Below are positions 1 through 9,097 of a stretch of 64,000 bases of DNA, one piece after another (the stretch's first letter is position 1; each line of letters opens with the position of its first letter). The notes under the pieces were generated by a model, which did not search any database, was not told the origin of the DNA, and saw nothing but the letters and a program-made list of their open reading frames with translations. The stretch is taken from assembly GCA_043809085.1 (NCBI GenBank), contig JAZDEG010000011.1, positions 214,272 through 278,271 of the forward strand. The letters are read 5' to 3'. This DNA is from Pseudomonadota bacterium (GTDB lineage Bacteria; Desulfobacterota; Desulfobulbia; Desulfobulbales; SURF-16). The translations under genes were made by a program, and so were the position numbers.

Positions 1-877
1 TGGCCACTATAGTGGGTGCCTTCATGACGGTGCTGTCGTATGTCAGTGCAATTGCCAGGCGGGTTGGATTGGTGATAATGACATCCGCCTTTGGGACTTC
101 GGTCATCATCCGTTTGCGGGCCATCTGCATCTGGATGGAGCGGATGCGGCCCTTGACGTGTGGGTCGCCTTCCGTCATTTTCGCCTCTTCCTTCACCTCC
201 TGCTTGGTCATCATCATTTTTTTCATGAATTGCCAGCGCTGAAAGGCGTAATCTAGGGCTGCAAGAATTGCGATAATGATAGCCGCTTTCAGAAAGATCC
301 AGAAGGAAACCTTGGCATAAAAAACAAGAATGGCATAGGGTTCCTGGTCCATGAGGGGGAGGAAACCGTCAAGGTTCTTCATAATTTCCTTGTATGCCAC
401 ATAGCCGACAATGACCAGCTTGGCAATCGATTTAACCGTATTGGCCAGGGTCTGCATGGAAAATATTCGTCCCATTCCCTTGATCGGGTCGATTTTTTCA
501 AGTTTCGGCGACATTTTTTCGGTGGTGTAGAGAAACCCGATCTGGGCGTAGTTGGAAGAAAGCGCGGTGATCAAGATCACGGCCATGACCGGCACGGTGA
601 GCACGGCCACCTGCTGCATGGATTCCATGGTGAGAAAAACCATATTGCCGGGGATGATATTGATGGTGTGCAGCTGGGTAAGATAATGGCGCAGCATGTT
701 CAGCATATTTTCCAGGAGGAAGCCGCTGAGCATGTAGATGGTCAGCAGTCCGAGCAGAAGCACGGCGGCGGAAGGTATTTCCATGCTTTTCGCCACATCG
801 CCTTTTTTCCTGGCGTCCTGCAGCCGTCGCCCGGTGGGTTGTTCGGTTTTTTCCTGACCGCTCTGTTCTTCGGCCAT
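1..877 (-). CDS. flhB: flagellar export apparatus protein FlhB (N-terminal part; the gene runs off the left edge)
   Basis: Absent from the ORF track because it leaves the window. My reverse-strand translation from the ATG at 877 reads MAEEQSGQEKTEQPTGRRLQDARKKGDVAKSMEIP, the conserved FlhB N-terminus. A GGAGGA RBS lies upstream and the gene directly follows fliR. Confidence 0.85.
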   Translation of the reverse strand, partial: MAEEQSGQEKTEQPTGRRLQDARKKGDVAKSMEIPSAAVLLLGLLTIYMLSGFLLENMLNMLRHYLTQLHTINIIPGNMVFLTMESMQQVAVLTVPVMAVILITALSSNYAQIGFLYTTEKMSPKLEKIDPIKGMGRIFSMQTLANTVKSIAKLVIVGYVAYKEIMKNLDGFLPLMDQEPYAILVFYAKVSFWIFLKAAIIIAILAALDYAFQRWQFMKKMMMTKQEVKEEAKMTEGDPHVKGRIRSIQMQMARKRMMTEVPKADVIITNPTRLAIALTYDSTVMKAPTIVA

Positions 878-880
878 TTC

Positions 881-1672
881 TTATCCTCCCAAACCGCGGG
901 CAAGTTGCGGCAGAATGCGTCCCAGCATTTCAAACTGGTTGGTCATCAGGGGCAGAAAGTAGGTGAGTGAGAGTCCTACAAAAATAAGGCCGACACCGAT
1001 ATTGAGTGGCATGCCGACTATGAGAATGGGAATCTGTGGGACTGTTTTGGCTATGATTCCCATGGCCACATGGGAGAAAAAGACCGCAGCTGAGGCAGGA
1101 GCCATGATTTTAACGGCCATGAGAAACATGCGTCCCGTTCCCTGCATCAGACCCTCAAATGTTGCCTGGCGGATATGCAGGGTGCCGGGTGCGACCCAGG
1201 TAAAGCTGTCAAGCAGGGTATTGATATAGATGTGGTGGCCGTTTATGCTTAAGAAAATAAGAATGGCGATGAGATTCCAGAACTGACCCACTAGGGAGAT
1301 CTGGGTCCCGTACTGCGGGTCCATGACGCCGGCCATGCCCATGCCCATCTGGATGCCCACCATCTGTCCCGCGATCTGGATGGCGTCGAAGATAAGGCGG
1401 GTGAAAACGGCAAGTATCGCGACAAAGCAAATCTCACTGGCGATAAAAATCAGAAACCCGAGCACTGATCCGGGAAGTTGGCCGGCATTGACCGGAACCA
1501 CAGGAGCAAGAACCAGCGCAGTGGCAAGAGTCAGAAGGATTTTCACCTGGGCGGGGACATTGCGGGAGCCGGTAATGGGCATGAAAAACAGTAGGGGACC
1601 CACCCGTATCATGATAATGACAAGGACAAGAAACTGATTGAGGCTCCAGTAAAGGAGAGAAGGATCAACCAT
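881..1672 (-). CDS. fliR: flagellar biosynthesis protein FliR
   Basis: 263-aa polytopic membrane protein in the fliP-fliQ-fliR-flhB order typical of the flagellar type III export gate. Confidence 0.85.
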   Translation of the reverse strand: MVDPSLLYWSLNQFLVLVIIMIRVGPLLFFMPITGSRNVPAQVKILLTLATALVLAPVVPVNAGQLPGSVLGFLIFIASEICFVAILAVFTRLIFDAIQIAGQMVGIQMGMGMAGVMDPQYGTQISLVGQFWNLIAILIFLSINGHHIYINTLLDSFTWVAPGTLHIRQATFEGLMQGTGRMFLMAVKIMAPASAAVFFSHVAMGIIAKTVPQIPILIVGMPLNIGVGLIFVGLSLTYFLPLMTNQFEMLGRILPQLARGLGG

Positions 1673-1685
1673 GGTTTTTCCTTTG

Positions 1686-1955
1686 TCACCGGATGATGTT
1701 CGGGATACTTAAGAAGAGATTACTGGTGTAATCACTTAATTTAATCAGCATCCATGAAGAGAAGAAGAGAAGCGCCAGCATAACCGCGACAATTTTGGGC
1801 ACAAAGGTCAGGGTCATTTCCTGAATTTGGGTGGTGGCCTGAAAAAGGGCGACGAGTAGGCCGATCCCCATGCCGACCAGAAGCAGCGGCGCGGAAAGCA
1901 GCAGGGTGATTGAAATGGCGTTCTGCCCTAAAGTGACTGCTTCCATCGGGATCAT
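1686..1955 (-). CDS. fliQ: flagellar biosynthesis protein FliQ
   Basis: 89-aa protein with two transmembrane segments. Its size and its position between fliP and fliR fit FliQ. Confidence 0.85.
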   Translation of the reverse strand: MIPMEAVTLGQNAISITLLLSAPLLLVGMGIGLLVALFQATTQIQEMTLTFVPKIVAVMLALLFFSSWMLIKLSDYTSNLFLSIPNIIR

Positions 1956-1957
1956 GT

Positions 1958-2704
1958 TTATACTCCGAAACTTTTTACCAGGGAACCGACGATGAGATAC
2001 CAGCCGTCGACCAGGACAAAAAGCAATAATTTGAAGGGCAGTGAAACCATGACCGGCGGCAGCATCATCATACCCATGGAGAGCAGGACACTTGCCACCA
2101 CCATGTCAATGACCAGAAAGGGAAGGAAAAGGATAAAGCCGATCTGGAAGGCTGTTTTCAGTTCACTGATAATAAATGACGGAATCAGGATGGAAGTGGG
2201 GACCTCATCCCTGTTGGCCGGTTTTTCCATTTTGGCAATGCCGAGGAAAAGGGCCAGATCTTTTTCTCGGGTCTGTTTGAACATGAAGGAACGCAGGGGT
2301 TTGATGCCCGCATCATACGCCTGCTGCAGGTTGATTTCTTCGTTCATGTAGGGCTTGACCGCTGTATCATTCATTTCTTTCAGCACCGGGCTCATGATGA
2401 AAAGGGTTAAAAAGAGAGCCAGTCCAATGAGAAGCTGGGCCGGAGGCATCTGCTGGGTGCCCAGGGCGTTACGCAGAAAGGAAAAGGCAATCACCAGTCG
2501 GGTAAAACAGGTGGTCATCAGGACGATGGCGGGTGCGATGGAAAGCACGGTGAAAATGAGCAGGATCTCGATGAGCACCGCCACTTTTTTGGGATCCTCG
2601 GTTTCAGCAAGGCCGACCTGGACGGTGGGGAGAGTGACGGCCAGGGCCTCGGTGGCAATGAAGAGGAGAAGGAAAGAGATCAGTAGCGGAAAAATCCTTT
2701 TCAT
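1958..2704 (-). CDS. fliP: flagellar biosynthesis protein FliP
   Basis: 248 aa with a signal peptide. Conserved FliP blocks are present (FTRLVIAFSFLRNALG, GFILFLPFLVIDMVVASVLLSMGMMMLPP). Confidence 0.9.
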   Translation of the reverse strand: MKRIFPLLISFLLLFIATEALAVTLPTVQVGLAETEDPKKVAVLIEILLIFTVLSIAPAIVLMTTCFTRLVIAFSFLRNALGTQQMPPAQLLIGLALFLTLFIMSPVLKEMNDTAVKPYMNEEINLQQAYDAGIKPLRSFMFKQTREKDLALFLGIAKMEKPANRDEVPTSILIPSFIISELKTAFQIGFILFLPFLVIDMVVASVLLSMGMMMLPPVMVSLPFKLLLFVLVDGWYLIVGSLVKSFGV

Positions 2705-3252
2705 TTGTCGCCTCTTTTTAATGCCTTGCCGAGCAACGTTGAAAATGAAGCTGCCGGTTGCCCCTCATTTCGTTCGTCATCGGCGAGAGAAATATTTGCG
2801 CTGTCCAGCCGGCTGAGCATGGTGATCTGTTGATCCGTCACACCGAGCGCCAAGGTTTCGTTCGCCACCCGGACCACGGCGACGAATTTTTTCGGGGCGA
2901 TCATTTTCGTGTCGATAACTTTAATAAGCGATCCCTGGTAGACTCCGGATCGGGCAAGCCCCAGTTTTCTGAGCCATATGGATATCAAGAGCATGAGTCC
3001 AACCGTCAGGATCAGGGCGCCGAAAACCTTGAGCAGGGTGAGCCCGAGGGAGGCGGCCTGTTCAAGATCGACCACCGGGGTAATCGGACTTGTCCCTGGT
3101 TGGTCCGCGCCAAAGGCCGTAGCTGCGAAAATCACCCCTGCTGCAAGTATGGATGGTGTCCAGAAGCGAAGTCGGGCGGCAAGTTTTTTCATGAATCGGA
3201 TAATCGCCATATGGTTTTTGTATCTCTCGGGGCAATCATTCATGCAAGGCAT
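2701..3252 (-). CDS. fliO: FliO/FliZ-like flagellar export protein (start uncertain; may begin at internal MKKL, about 3192)
   Basis: Small single-pass membrane protein between fliN and fliP, overlapping fliP by 4 nt. The call rests on position and topology only. Confidence 0.6.
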   Translation of the reverse strand: MPCMNDCPERYKNHMAIIRFMKKLAARLRFWTPSILAAGVIFAATAFGADQPGTSPITPVVDLEQAASLGLTLLKVFGALILTVGLMLLISIWLRKLGLARSGVYQGSLIKVIDTKMIAPKKFVAVVRVANETLALGVTDQQITMLSRLDSANISLADDERNEGQPAASFSTLLGKALKRGDK

Positions 3253-3259
3253 GGATCCG

Positions 3260-3709
3260 TTACCCCATATTTTTAATACGATCAGCCTGACTGATGATCT
3301 CGGTTATCCTGACCCCGAAGCGGTCGTTGACAACAATGACTTCGCCCTTGCCGAGGAGCTTTCTGTTGATGTATATTTCCACCGGCTCTCCGGCGGCTTT
3401 CTCAAGCTCCACCACCGAGCCTTGGGTCAGATGCAGCATCTTGTCGATTATCATGCTGGTTCTCCCCAGTTCAACGGATACATCAAGGGGGATGTCGAGC
3501 AGGAAGTCGAGATTGTGGGATCCGGCCGGTGCAGCGGCTGAGACTCCGTTCAATTCATCGAAGCCGGCAGGATGGGCGCCGCCTCCGTTCTGGGAAGCCA
3601 GTGCGTCCCAGTCGCCTTCCCCAGCTTCGGAACCGTTATCCGTCCCTTTTTGCGGATTTGCCTCTTCCAGGGCGCTTGCCCAGGCATCGTCCAAAGAATC
3701 GTCAGCCAT
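3260..3709 (-). CDS. fliN: flagellar motor switch protein FliN
   Basis: The C-terminal SpoA/FliN domain is recognisable: LDIPLDVSVELGRTSMIIDKMLHLTQGSVVELEKAAGEPVEIYINRKLLGKGEVIVVNDRFGVRITEI. Confidence 0.9.
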   Translation of the reverse strand: MADDSLDDAWASALEEANPQKGTDNGSEAGEGDWDALASQNGGGAHPAGFDELNGVSAAAPAGSHNLDFLLDIPLDVSVELGRTSMIIDKMLHLTQGSVVELEKAAGEPVEIYINRKLLGKGEVIVVNDRFGVRITEIISQADRIKNMG

Positions 3710-3763
3710 TTTCAGTCTCCATTGTCGGTCACGTGGTTTTTCGTAAAAGCTGTTTCCCCGCTG

Positions 3764-4753
3764 TCAATCTCTTTCCTGGTCAAACACTTTTCTCTTAATA
3801 AGAAAAGCTTTGTTGCCGCGGTGGATGCCGGGGGAGCCCATGTATTTGCGGATGCCGGAGACAAAGGCCGGCATCATTTCGTCTTTTCTTTTGTCAAGTT
3901 GGATAATGTCGCCGGGTTCAAGGCTCAGGATATCACCGGCAGGCAATAATGTTCTGCCCAGTTCCACTCTCAGGCCAACCGGGACATGCTTGATGTTCTC
4001 CGTCAGAATGCGTTTCAGGCTGATGTCTTCATCGCTCTGTTCTCTCTGGAAGGTGGTCATCAGCTTTTGTTTGACCGATTCAAGATTCGATAGGGGGATG
4101 CATGCGGTGATGCTGCCCACCGCGCGGTCCATATCTACCTCGTAGCGGTTGATGATGACCACGTCCTCGGGTTCGCAGATTTTTGCAAACTGCGGATTGA
4201 TTTCACTGCGGATGTGCTGAACCTTGATCGGCTGCAGGGAATACCAGGCCTTTTCCAAGTCGGTTAGAAGAAGATTGACAATGCGTTGGATCAAGCGTTG
4301 CTCGATGCCGGTGAAGTCACGTCCTTCAATCCGCACATTACGGGTGCCGCTACCGCCGAGGAAGCTTTCGACCAGAGCGAAAACGAGTTTCGGCTCAATG
4401 ACGAAAAGGGCATGACCGCGAAACGGATCCATCTTGAATATCTGCAGGCTGCTGGGAACAGGCAGAGTGCGGACAAAGGCGCCGAATCGTTCAAGTTCCA
4501 TGGGAACGGCGGTGATGTCGAGAATGCGTCTGAGCGCCGCCGATACAGAGGTTCTTATAGAGCGTAAAAACACATCGTTGATGGCCTCCATGGCCGGCAT
4601 TTTGACCTGGACGATGCGTTCCTGGCGTTTGAAGTCATAAATAGTGTATTCAAGCGACTCTTCTTCAAGGTGCTCTTCGGGCTCTTCAATGTCGCCGCCG
4701 GCAATCCCTTTTAATAGGGCATCAACTTCATCTTGGCTGAGGATCTGTTCCAT
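3764..4753 (-). CDS. fliM: flagellar motor switch protein FliM
   Basis: 329 aa. The N-terminal LSQDEVDALL CheY-P-binding motif is present, followed by FliM middle and C-terminal SpoA-like regions. Confidence 0.9.
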   Translation of the reverse strand: MEQILSQDEVDALLKGIAGGDIEEPEEHLEEESLEYTIYDFKRQERIVQVKMPAMEAINDVFLRSIRTSVSAALRRILDITAVPMELERFGAFVRTLPVPSSLQIFKMDPFRGHALFVIEPKLVFALVESFLGGSGTRNVRIEGRDFTGIEQRLIQRIVNLLLTDLEKAWYSLQPIKVQHIRSEINPQFAKICEPEDVVIINRYEVDMDRAVGSITACIPLSNLESVKQKLMTTFQREQSDEDISLKRILTENIKHVPVGLRVELGRTLLPAGDILSLEPGDIIQLDKRKDEMMPAFVSGIRKYMGSPGIHRGNKAFLIKRKVFDQERD

Positions 4754-4846
4754 GGAGCTTTCTTAGTCTCGCAAAAAAATGTTTAAAGATCCGGTGTGTT
4801 CGAATTCAGGGGTGTTGCGATATTGCTGCTATTTTCTTGCAATGTC

Positions 4847-5350
4847 TTACTGCACAACAAATTCGGAAAAATAGATGTTTTTGATTTTGTCCGGTTTTGT
4901 GACGCGGCTGAATCGTTCGAGCAGCTCATCTCTGATGCGGAGTTTGCCTTCCGGTGTCATCACCTCTTCAAAAGAGAGGCTGGTGAGCATCATGATAACA
5001 ATGTCTCGCAGCTTGGGTGCGAGCTTCGTTATCCGTTCCGATGTTTCCACCGTTTCAACTTCGATGCTGATCGTCATTTTGAGATAGCGGCTTCCTTTGG
5101 GGTCGGCAAGATTGACGACAAATGGGTCAAGGGGGACAATTTCTCCTACCGCAGGGAGGAGTTCAGCTTTCTGGTCGACAATTTCCTCCATTGGCGCGGA
5201 GGGCGGGGGGGCGAGGAATTTGGTGTAGGCAAAAAAACCGCCGCCTCCCAACAGGAGAATGACAAATCCCAAAATGATAAAGAGCATGATTTTTGATTTT
5301 TTTTTGGGCTGCTCTGTGCCGTCTGCTGCCTTGGCGTCAACGTCTGCCAT
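4847..5350 (-). CDS. fliL: flagellar basal-body-associated protein FliL
   Basis: 167 aa with a single N-terminal transmembrane segment. The conserved FVVNLADPKGSRYLKMTISIEV block is present, and the gene sits upstream of fliM. Confidence 0.85.
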   Translation of the reverse strand: MADVDAKAADGTEQPKKKSKIMLFIILGFVILLLGGGGFFAYTKFLAPPPSAPMEEIVDQKAELLPAVGEIVPLDPFVVNLADPKGSRYLKMTISIEVETVETSERITKLAPKLRDIVIMMLTSLSFEEVMTPEGKLRIRDELLERFSRVTKPDKIKNIYFSEFVVQ

Positions 5351-5410
5351 GGTGGTCTCTCCCCTGAAAAAAGATGTACCGCTGTTAATAGTGTCTGACC
5401 TTTGTCTCTA

Positions 5411-5425
5411 GCAAATATTATGCCA
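5411..5425 (-). promoter_or_regulatory. sigma-54 (-24/-12) type promoter upstream of fliL
   Basis: The reverse strand reads TGGCATAATATTTGC, which is GG-N10-GC with the exact consensus spacing TGGCAC-N5-TTGC. It lies about 60 nt upstream of the fliL ATG. Confidence 0.65.
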
Positions 5426-5702
5426 TAGTTGTATTGATTAGTAAATCGATGGTTAACACTTTGTTTTATTTAAAAGAGTTGCTTGCATGTGTCTGAATCG
5501 GACAGGGATGAGGTGGGGAATACAAAGGGGAAAGGTCATTTTTCTGACTTCCTGAGAAGTGAAAGTCAAAAATGCGACATGAATGAAGGAAGACGGCAAG
5601 GTTCAGCGGCATGAACACCGGTGACAAACAGAGGTATTTGTGGTAAACAAATCGCTCTTTAAAAATAGAAATATTAATCAGCACAATATGAGGAGAGTTG
5701 CA

Positions 5703-7622
5703 ATGGGAAAAACCGTTACCGAAAAGATTCTGGCTGACCACCTTGTTGAGGGGGCGATGGGCAAGGGGAAAGAGATCGGCATCCGTATTGATCAGACCTT
5801 GACCCAGGATGCCACCGGCACCATGGCCTATCTTGAGTTTGAGTCCATAGGGATCCCCCGGGTGCAGACGGAGTGTTCAGTCTGTTATGTGGACCATAAT
5901 CTGGTGCAGTCTGATTTCAAGAATGCGGATGACCACCGTTTTCTCCAGTCCATCGCCCACAAATACGGCCTGTTCTTCTCGCCGCCGGGCAACGGGATCT
6001 CCCATCAGATCAATCTGGAAAGGTTCGGTAAGCCAGGCAAGACCCTCCTCGGTTCAGACAGCCATACCCCCACCGGTGGAGGACTCGGCATGATTGCCAT
6101 TGGCGCCGGCGGGCTTGATGTGGCCATGGCCATGGCCGGCAAACCCTTCTATCTGGTCATGCCGAAGATTTTCGGTGTTAGGCTGACAGGCAAACTTTCC
6201 CCCTGGGTATCGGCCCGTGATGTGCTGCTTGAGCTCCTCCGGCAGCTAACCGTGAAAGGTGGTGTGGGTTACATCATGGAGTATTTCGGTCCTGGGATGA
6301 AAGAGCTGTCTGTTACCGATCGGGCATCGATCACCAATTTCGGTGCCGAACTCGGTGCAACCACCTCGGTGTTTCCTTCTGATGAAAATACCTTGAAATT
6401 TCTCAGAAGCCAGGGGCGCGAGGATTGCTGGGTTGAGATCATAGCTGATGAGGACGCCCGGTATGATGAGTTGCTGGAAATCGATATGTCTTCTCTTGAG
6501 CCTCTTATTGCCTGTCCTTCTTCACCGGACAATGTCGTCAAAGTGAAAGATGTCGCCGGTAAGCCCGTCTCACAGGTATTGGTTGGTTCCTGTTCCAATT
6601 CATCCCTGCGCGATCTGGTGGTTGTCTCCAAAGTATTAACCGGCAGGCAGGTCAACCATGAAGTGAGTTTTGAGGTCAATCCAGGCAGCCGTCAGGTTCT
6701 GGAAAATCTGACCGCCATGGGAGAAATGCTGCCGCTGATCCAAGCCGGGGCCCGCATTCATCAGGCAGGTTGTCTCGGCTGCATCGGCATGGGACAGGCA
6801 CCTTCCACCGGGACCATTTCCCTGCGCACCTTTCCCCGCAATTTCCCCGGCCGCAGCGGAACAGTTAATGATCAGGTCTATCTTTGCAGTCCGGAGGTGG
6901 CAGTTGCCGCTGCGATAACCGGAAAAATCACCGATCCTCGGGAGCTGGGTGAATATCCCGCTTTCACCCTGCCTGAAAAATATCTTCCCGGCGACTCCCG
7001 TATTGAGCCGCCACTTGCCGATGGCCGTGACGTTGCAATCGTGCGCGGACCCAATATCGCTCCCTTTCCCGCGTTTTCTCCCATCCCTGAAACCTGGCAG
7101 GGAACCGTTCTGCTCAAAACCGGGGACAACATCACCACAGATCACATCATGCCCGCCGGCGCCCAGGTCCTTCCCTTGCGCAGCAATATCCCGGCTATCA
7201 GCGAATTCGTTTTCAAGGCCCTTGACGAGAATTTCAGCAAACACGCCAGAGAGGCGGGTCACGGTATGATTGTCGGCGGAGAGAACTATGGGCAGGGGTC
7301 ATCCCGGGAACATGCAGCTCTGGCCCCCAGATATCTCGGTGTTGAGGTGAAAATCGTGAAAAGCTTTGCCCGTATTCATAAGGCAAATCTGATTAATTTT
7401 GGAATTCTGCCCCTGACTTTTGCCGATCCTGCCGATTATGATCTCGTCAAACAGGGATCGAAAGTTGTTATTTCCGATTTGCGAAAATTGCTGGAGAGCG
7501 GTGCGGAACGGCTTGCGGTTGAAATTGCCGGCCGTAAAATTAATGCGTTGCTCGATGTTTCCGACCGGCACCGGGCGATACTCCTTGCTGGTGGCCTGCT
7601 TAATTGGGCCAGGGGAAATTAA
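5703..7622 (+). CDS. acn: aconitate hydratase (short, about 640 aa, Aquifex/Thermotoga-type putative aconitase)
   Basis: Begins MGKTVTEKILADHL. Aconitase blocks are present (IDQTLTQDATG, GSDSHTPTGGGLGMIAIGAGG, the CLGCIG cluster ligands, and a swivel domain with GENYGQGSSREHAA). I prefer the ATG at 5703 (AGGAGA RBS) over the GTG at 5640. Confidence 0.85.
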   Translation: MGKTVTEKILADHLVEGAMGKGKEIGIRIDQTLTQDATGTMAYLEFESIGIPRVQTECSVCYVDHNLVQSDFKNADDHRFLQSIAHKYGLFFSPPGNGISHQINLERFGKPGKTLLGSDSHTPTGGGLGMIAIGAGGLDVAMAMAGKPFYLVMPKIFGVRLTGKLSPWVSARDVLLELLRQLTVKGGVGYIMEYFGPGMKELSVTDRASITNFGAELGATTSVFPSDENTLKFLRSQGREDCWVEIIADEDARYDELLEIDMSSLEPLIACPSSPDNVVKVKDVAGKPVSQVLVGSCSNSSLRDLVVVSKVLTGRQVNHEVSFEVNPGSRQVLENLTAMGEMLPLIQAGARIHQAGCLGCIGMGQAPSTGTISLRTFPRNFPGRSGTVNDQVYLCSPEVAVAAAITGKITDPRELGEYPAFTLPEKYLPGDSRIEPPLADGRDVAIVRGPNIAPFPAFSPIPETWQGTVLLKTGDNITTDHIMPAGAQVLPLRSNIPAISEFVFKALDENFSKHAREAGHGMIVGGENYGQGSSREHAALAPRYLGVEVKIVKSFARIHKANLINFGILPLTFADPADYDLVKQGSKVVISDLRKLLESGAERLAVEIAGRKINALLDVSDRHRAILLAGGLLNWARGN

Positions 7623-7887
7623 AAAAATTGTACCCTGCGTGCCCGCGAACCTGGCAAAGCAGTGAATATGGCTCTTTTGTTCCCTGGTTTACAGGGAATG
7701 CAGAGTGTTCAAAAAATTGAACAATGTATATTGTCTTGAAATCGCAGAAGATTTTCGTGAAAGATCAACATTGTGAAAGAAAGTTAAAAAAATTGTATTT
7801 TGTCGGGAGATGGTGATGCAGGGAAAGGGAGCGGATTTTCCCTTGCAGGACAAGGGAAAAGAAGAAAATATATATTTTTTTCTTGTG

Positions 7888-7902
7888 TGGCATGCCTGTT
7901 GC
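7888..7902 (+). promoter_or_regulatory. orphan sigma-54 (-24/-12) type promoter
   Basis: TGGCATGCCTGTTGC is a near-perfect match to TGGCAC-N5-TTGC. It sits in the 430-bp gap between acn and the DUF362 gene. Confidence 0.6.
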
Positions 7903-7913
7903 TTTAGAGATTA

Positions 7914-7990
7914 ATCAAGATAACAACTCTTATCTCCTTTCTCCAGAAAAAGGCCTATCCTGTCCCCCCAGGATTGGCCTTTTTCGTTTT
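7914..7990 (+). ncRNA. candidate sigma-54-dependent small RNA (about 77 nt) or terminated leader
   Basis: The predicted start is about 12 nt after the -12 GC. A stem-loop AGATAA/TTATCT lies at 7918-7935, a C/U-rich stretch CCTTTCTCC at 7936-7944, and a terminator hairpin with U-run at 7951-7990. Confidence 0.4.
7951..7990 (+). terminator. rho-independent terminator
   Basis: AGGCCTATCCTG / CAGGATTGGCCT form a 12-bp stem with 1 mismatch around a TCCCCC loop, followed by TTTTTCGTTTT. Confidence 0.7.
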
Positions 7991-8052
7991 ATGTCACAAC
8001 CTCCCCCTCAAAAAATCGACACAATCGACCTTTTTCTGCTGGTGAATCTGAA

Positions 8053-8982
8053 ATGAATATATCCTCGACCAGCGTGGCTATCCTCAAATGCCCCCATTAC
8101 GACAGAAAGGTGATCAAGGATTGTCTTACGGCAATTTTTCAGGCCCTGCCATTTACCTTTGCCGGTGGAGCTTCGATTCTGCTGAAGCCCAATCTCGTTT
8201 CCGGAATGGGTCATCGGGGATTGGCCTGCAGTCATCCGGAATTTGTCGCCGCAGCGGCGGAATGGTTTGTTGACCATGGTGCCAGAGTGTCTGTGGGTGA
8301 TTCCCCTGCGTTTGGCCGGGCGCCGGCGGTAATGGATGCCTGTGGCATATCGGGGAGCCTGAAAGGTCTGCCGGTTCGCAAAATTCATTTCAATAAAGGC
8401 CGAATGGTAACTTTGGCGAGCGGACTTGCTGTCAAGATTGCCGATGAGGCCTTGGATTGTGATCATCTCATTAACCTGCCAAGGGTCAAGGCCCATTCAC
8501 AGACCCTGGTGACCCTGGCAGTGAAAAACTATTTCGGCACTGTCAAGGGATTCAGTAAAGCCATTCTGCATCAGCGACTGGGCGGCAAAGAGGATATTTT
8601 TGCCCGGATGCTGGTTGATGTGGCGGAAATCCTTCCGGACGGGGTCAGCATCATCGATGGAATCGAGGCCATGCATCGCAGCGGCCCGATGGATGGCGAG
8701 CCCTTTCCGCTTGGAGTGGTGGCCGGGGCGAAAAATCCCGTCGCACTCGATAGTGCGATGCTTGAGGTGTTAGGGGTCAATCCGGAAAAAAGTCTGGTGT
8801 GGCGGGAAACCAGACGACGGAATCTTGCCGGTTGGCGGGATGGGGATCTTGTTTATCCGCTTCTGCGTCCTGATGATGTTGCGGTGACGGGATTTGTCGT
8901 GCCGGAGAGATTAAAGCCAATCCCTTTTCTGCCGCTTCAGGTTCTCAGAAGCATTTTAAAGCGCATTCGTGCGCAGTTGTGA
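8053..8982 (+). CDS. DUF362 domain-containing protein
   Basis: 309 aa. The pattern ILLKPNLV ... HPEFV ... GARVSVGDSP ... INLPRVKAHSQT is typical of DUF362. Confidence 0.6.
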   Translation: MNISSTSVAILKCPHYDRKVIKDCLTAIFQALPFTFAGGASILLKPNLVSGMGHRGLACSHPEFVAAAAEWFVDHGARVSVGDSPAFGRAPAVMDACGISGSLKGLPVRKIHFNKGRMVTLASGLAVKIADEALDCDHLINLPRVKAHSQTLVTLAVKNYFGTVKGFSKAILHQRLGGKEDIFARMLVDVAEILPDGVSIIDGIEAMHRSGPMDGEPFPLGVVAGAKNPVALDSAMLEVLGVNPEKSLVWRETRRRNLAGWRDGDLVYPLLRPDDVAVTGFVVPERLKPIPFLPLQVLRSILKRIRAQL

Positions 8983-9097
8983 TGCTTTTTGTGGTTCGAG
9001 AACTTTTTTGTCATGTGTTGACTCTTTTTTGACAATGCTTAAGATAAAGCGAAGATGCACGGGAGTATGAATTTGTGATATTGCAGGAGGTTGCCTC

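Noticed and set aside
5640-5702. GTG-initiated 21-codon N-terminal extension of the aconitase ORF
   Set aside because: The extension (MVNKSLFKNRNINQHNMRRVA) is AT-rich and unlike aconitase N-termini. The ATG at 5703 has a good AGGAGA RBS and begins with the conserved MGKTVTEKIL.
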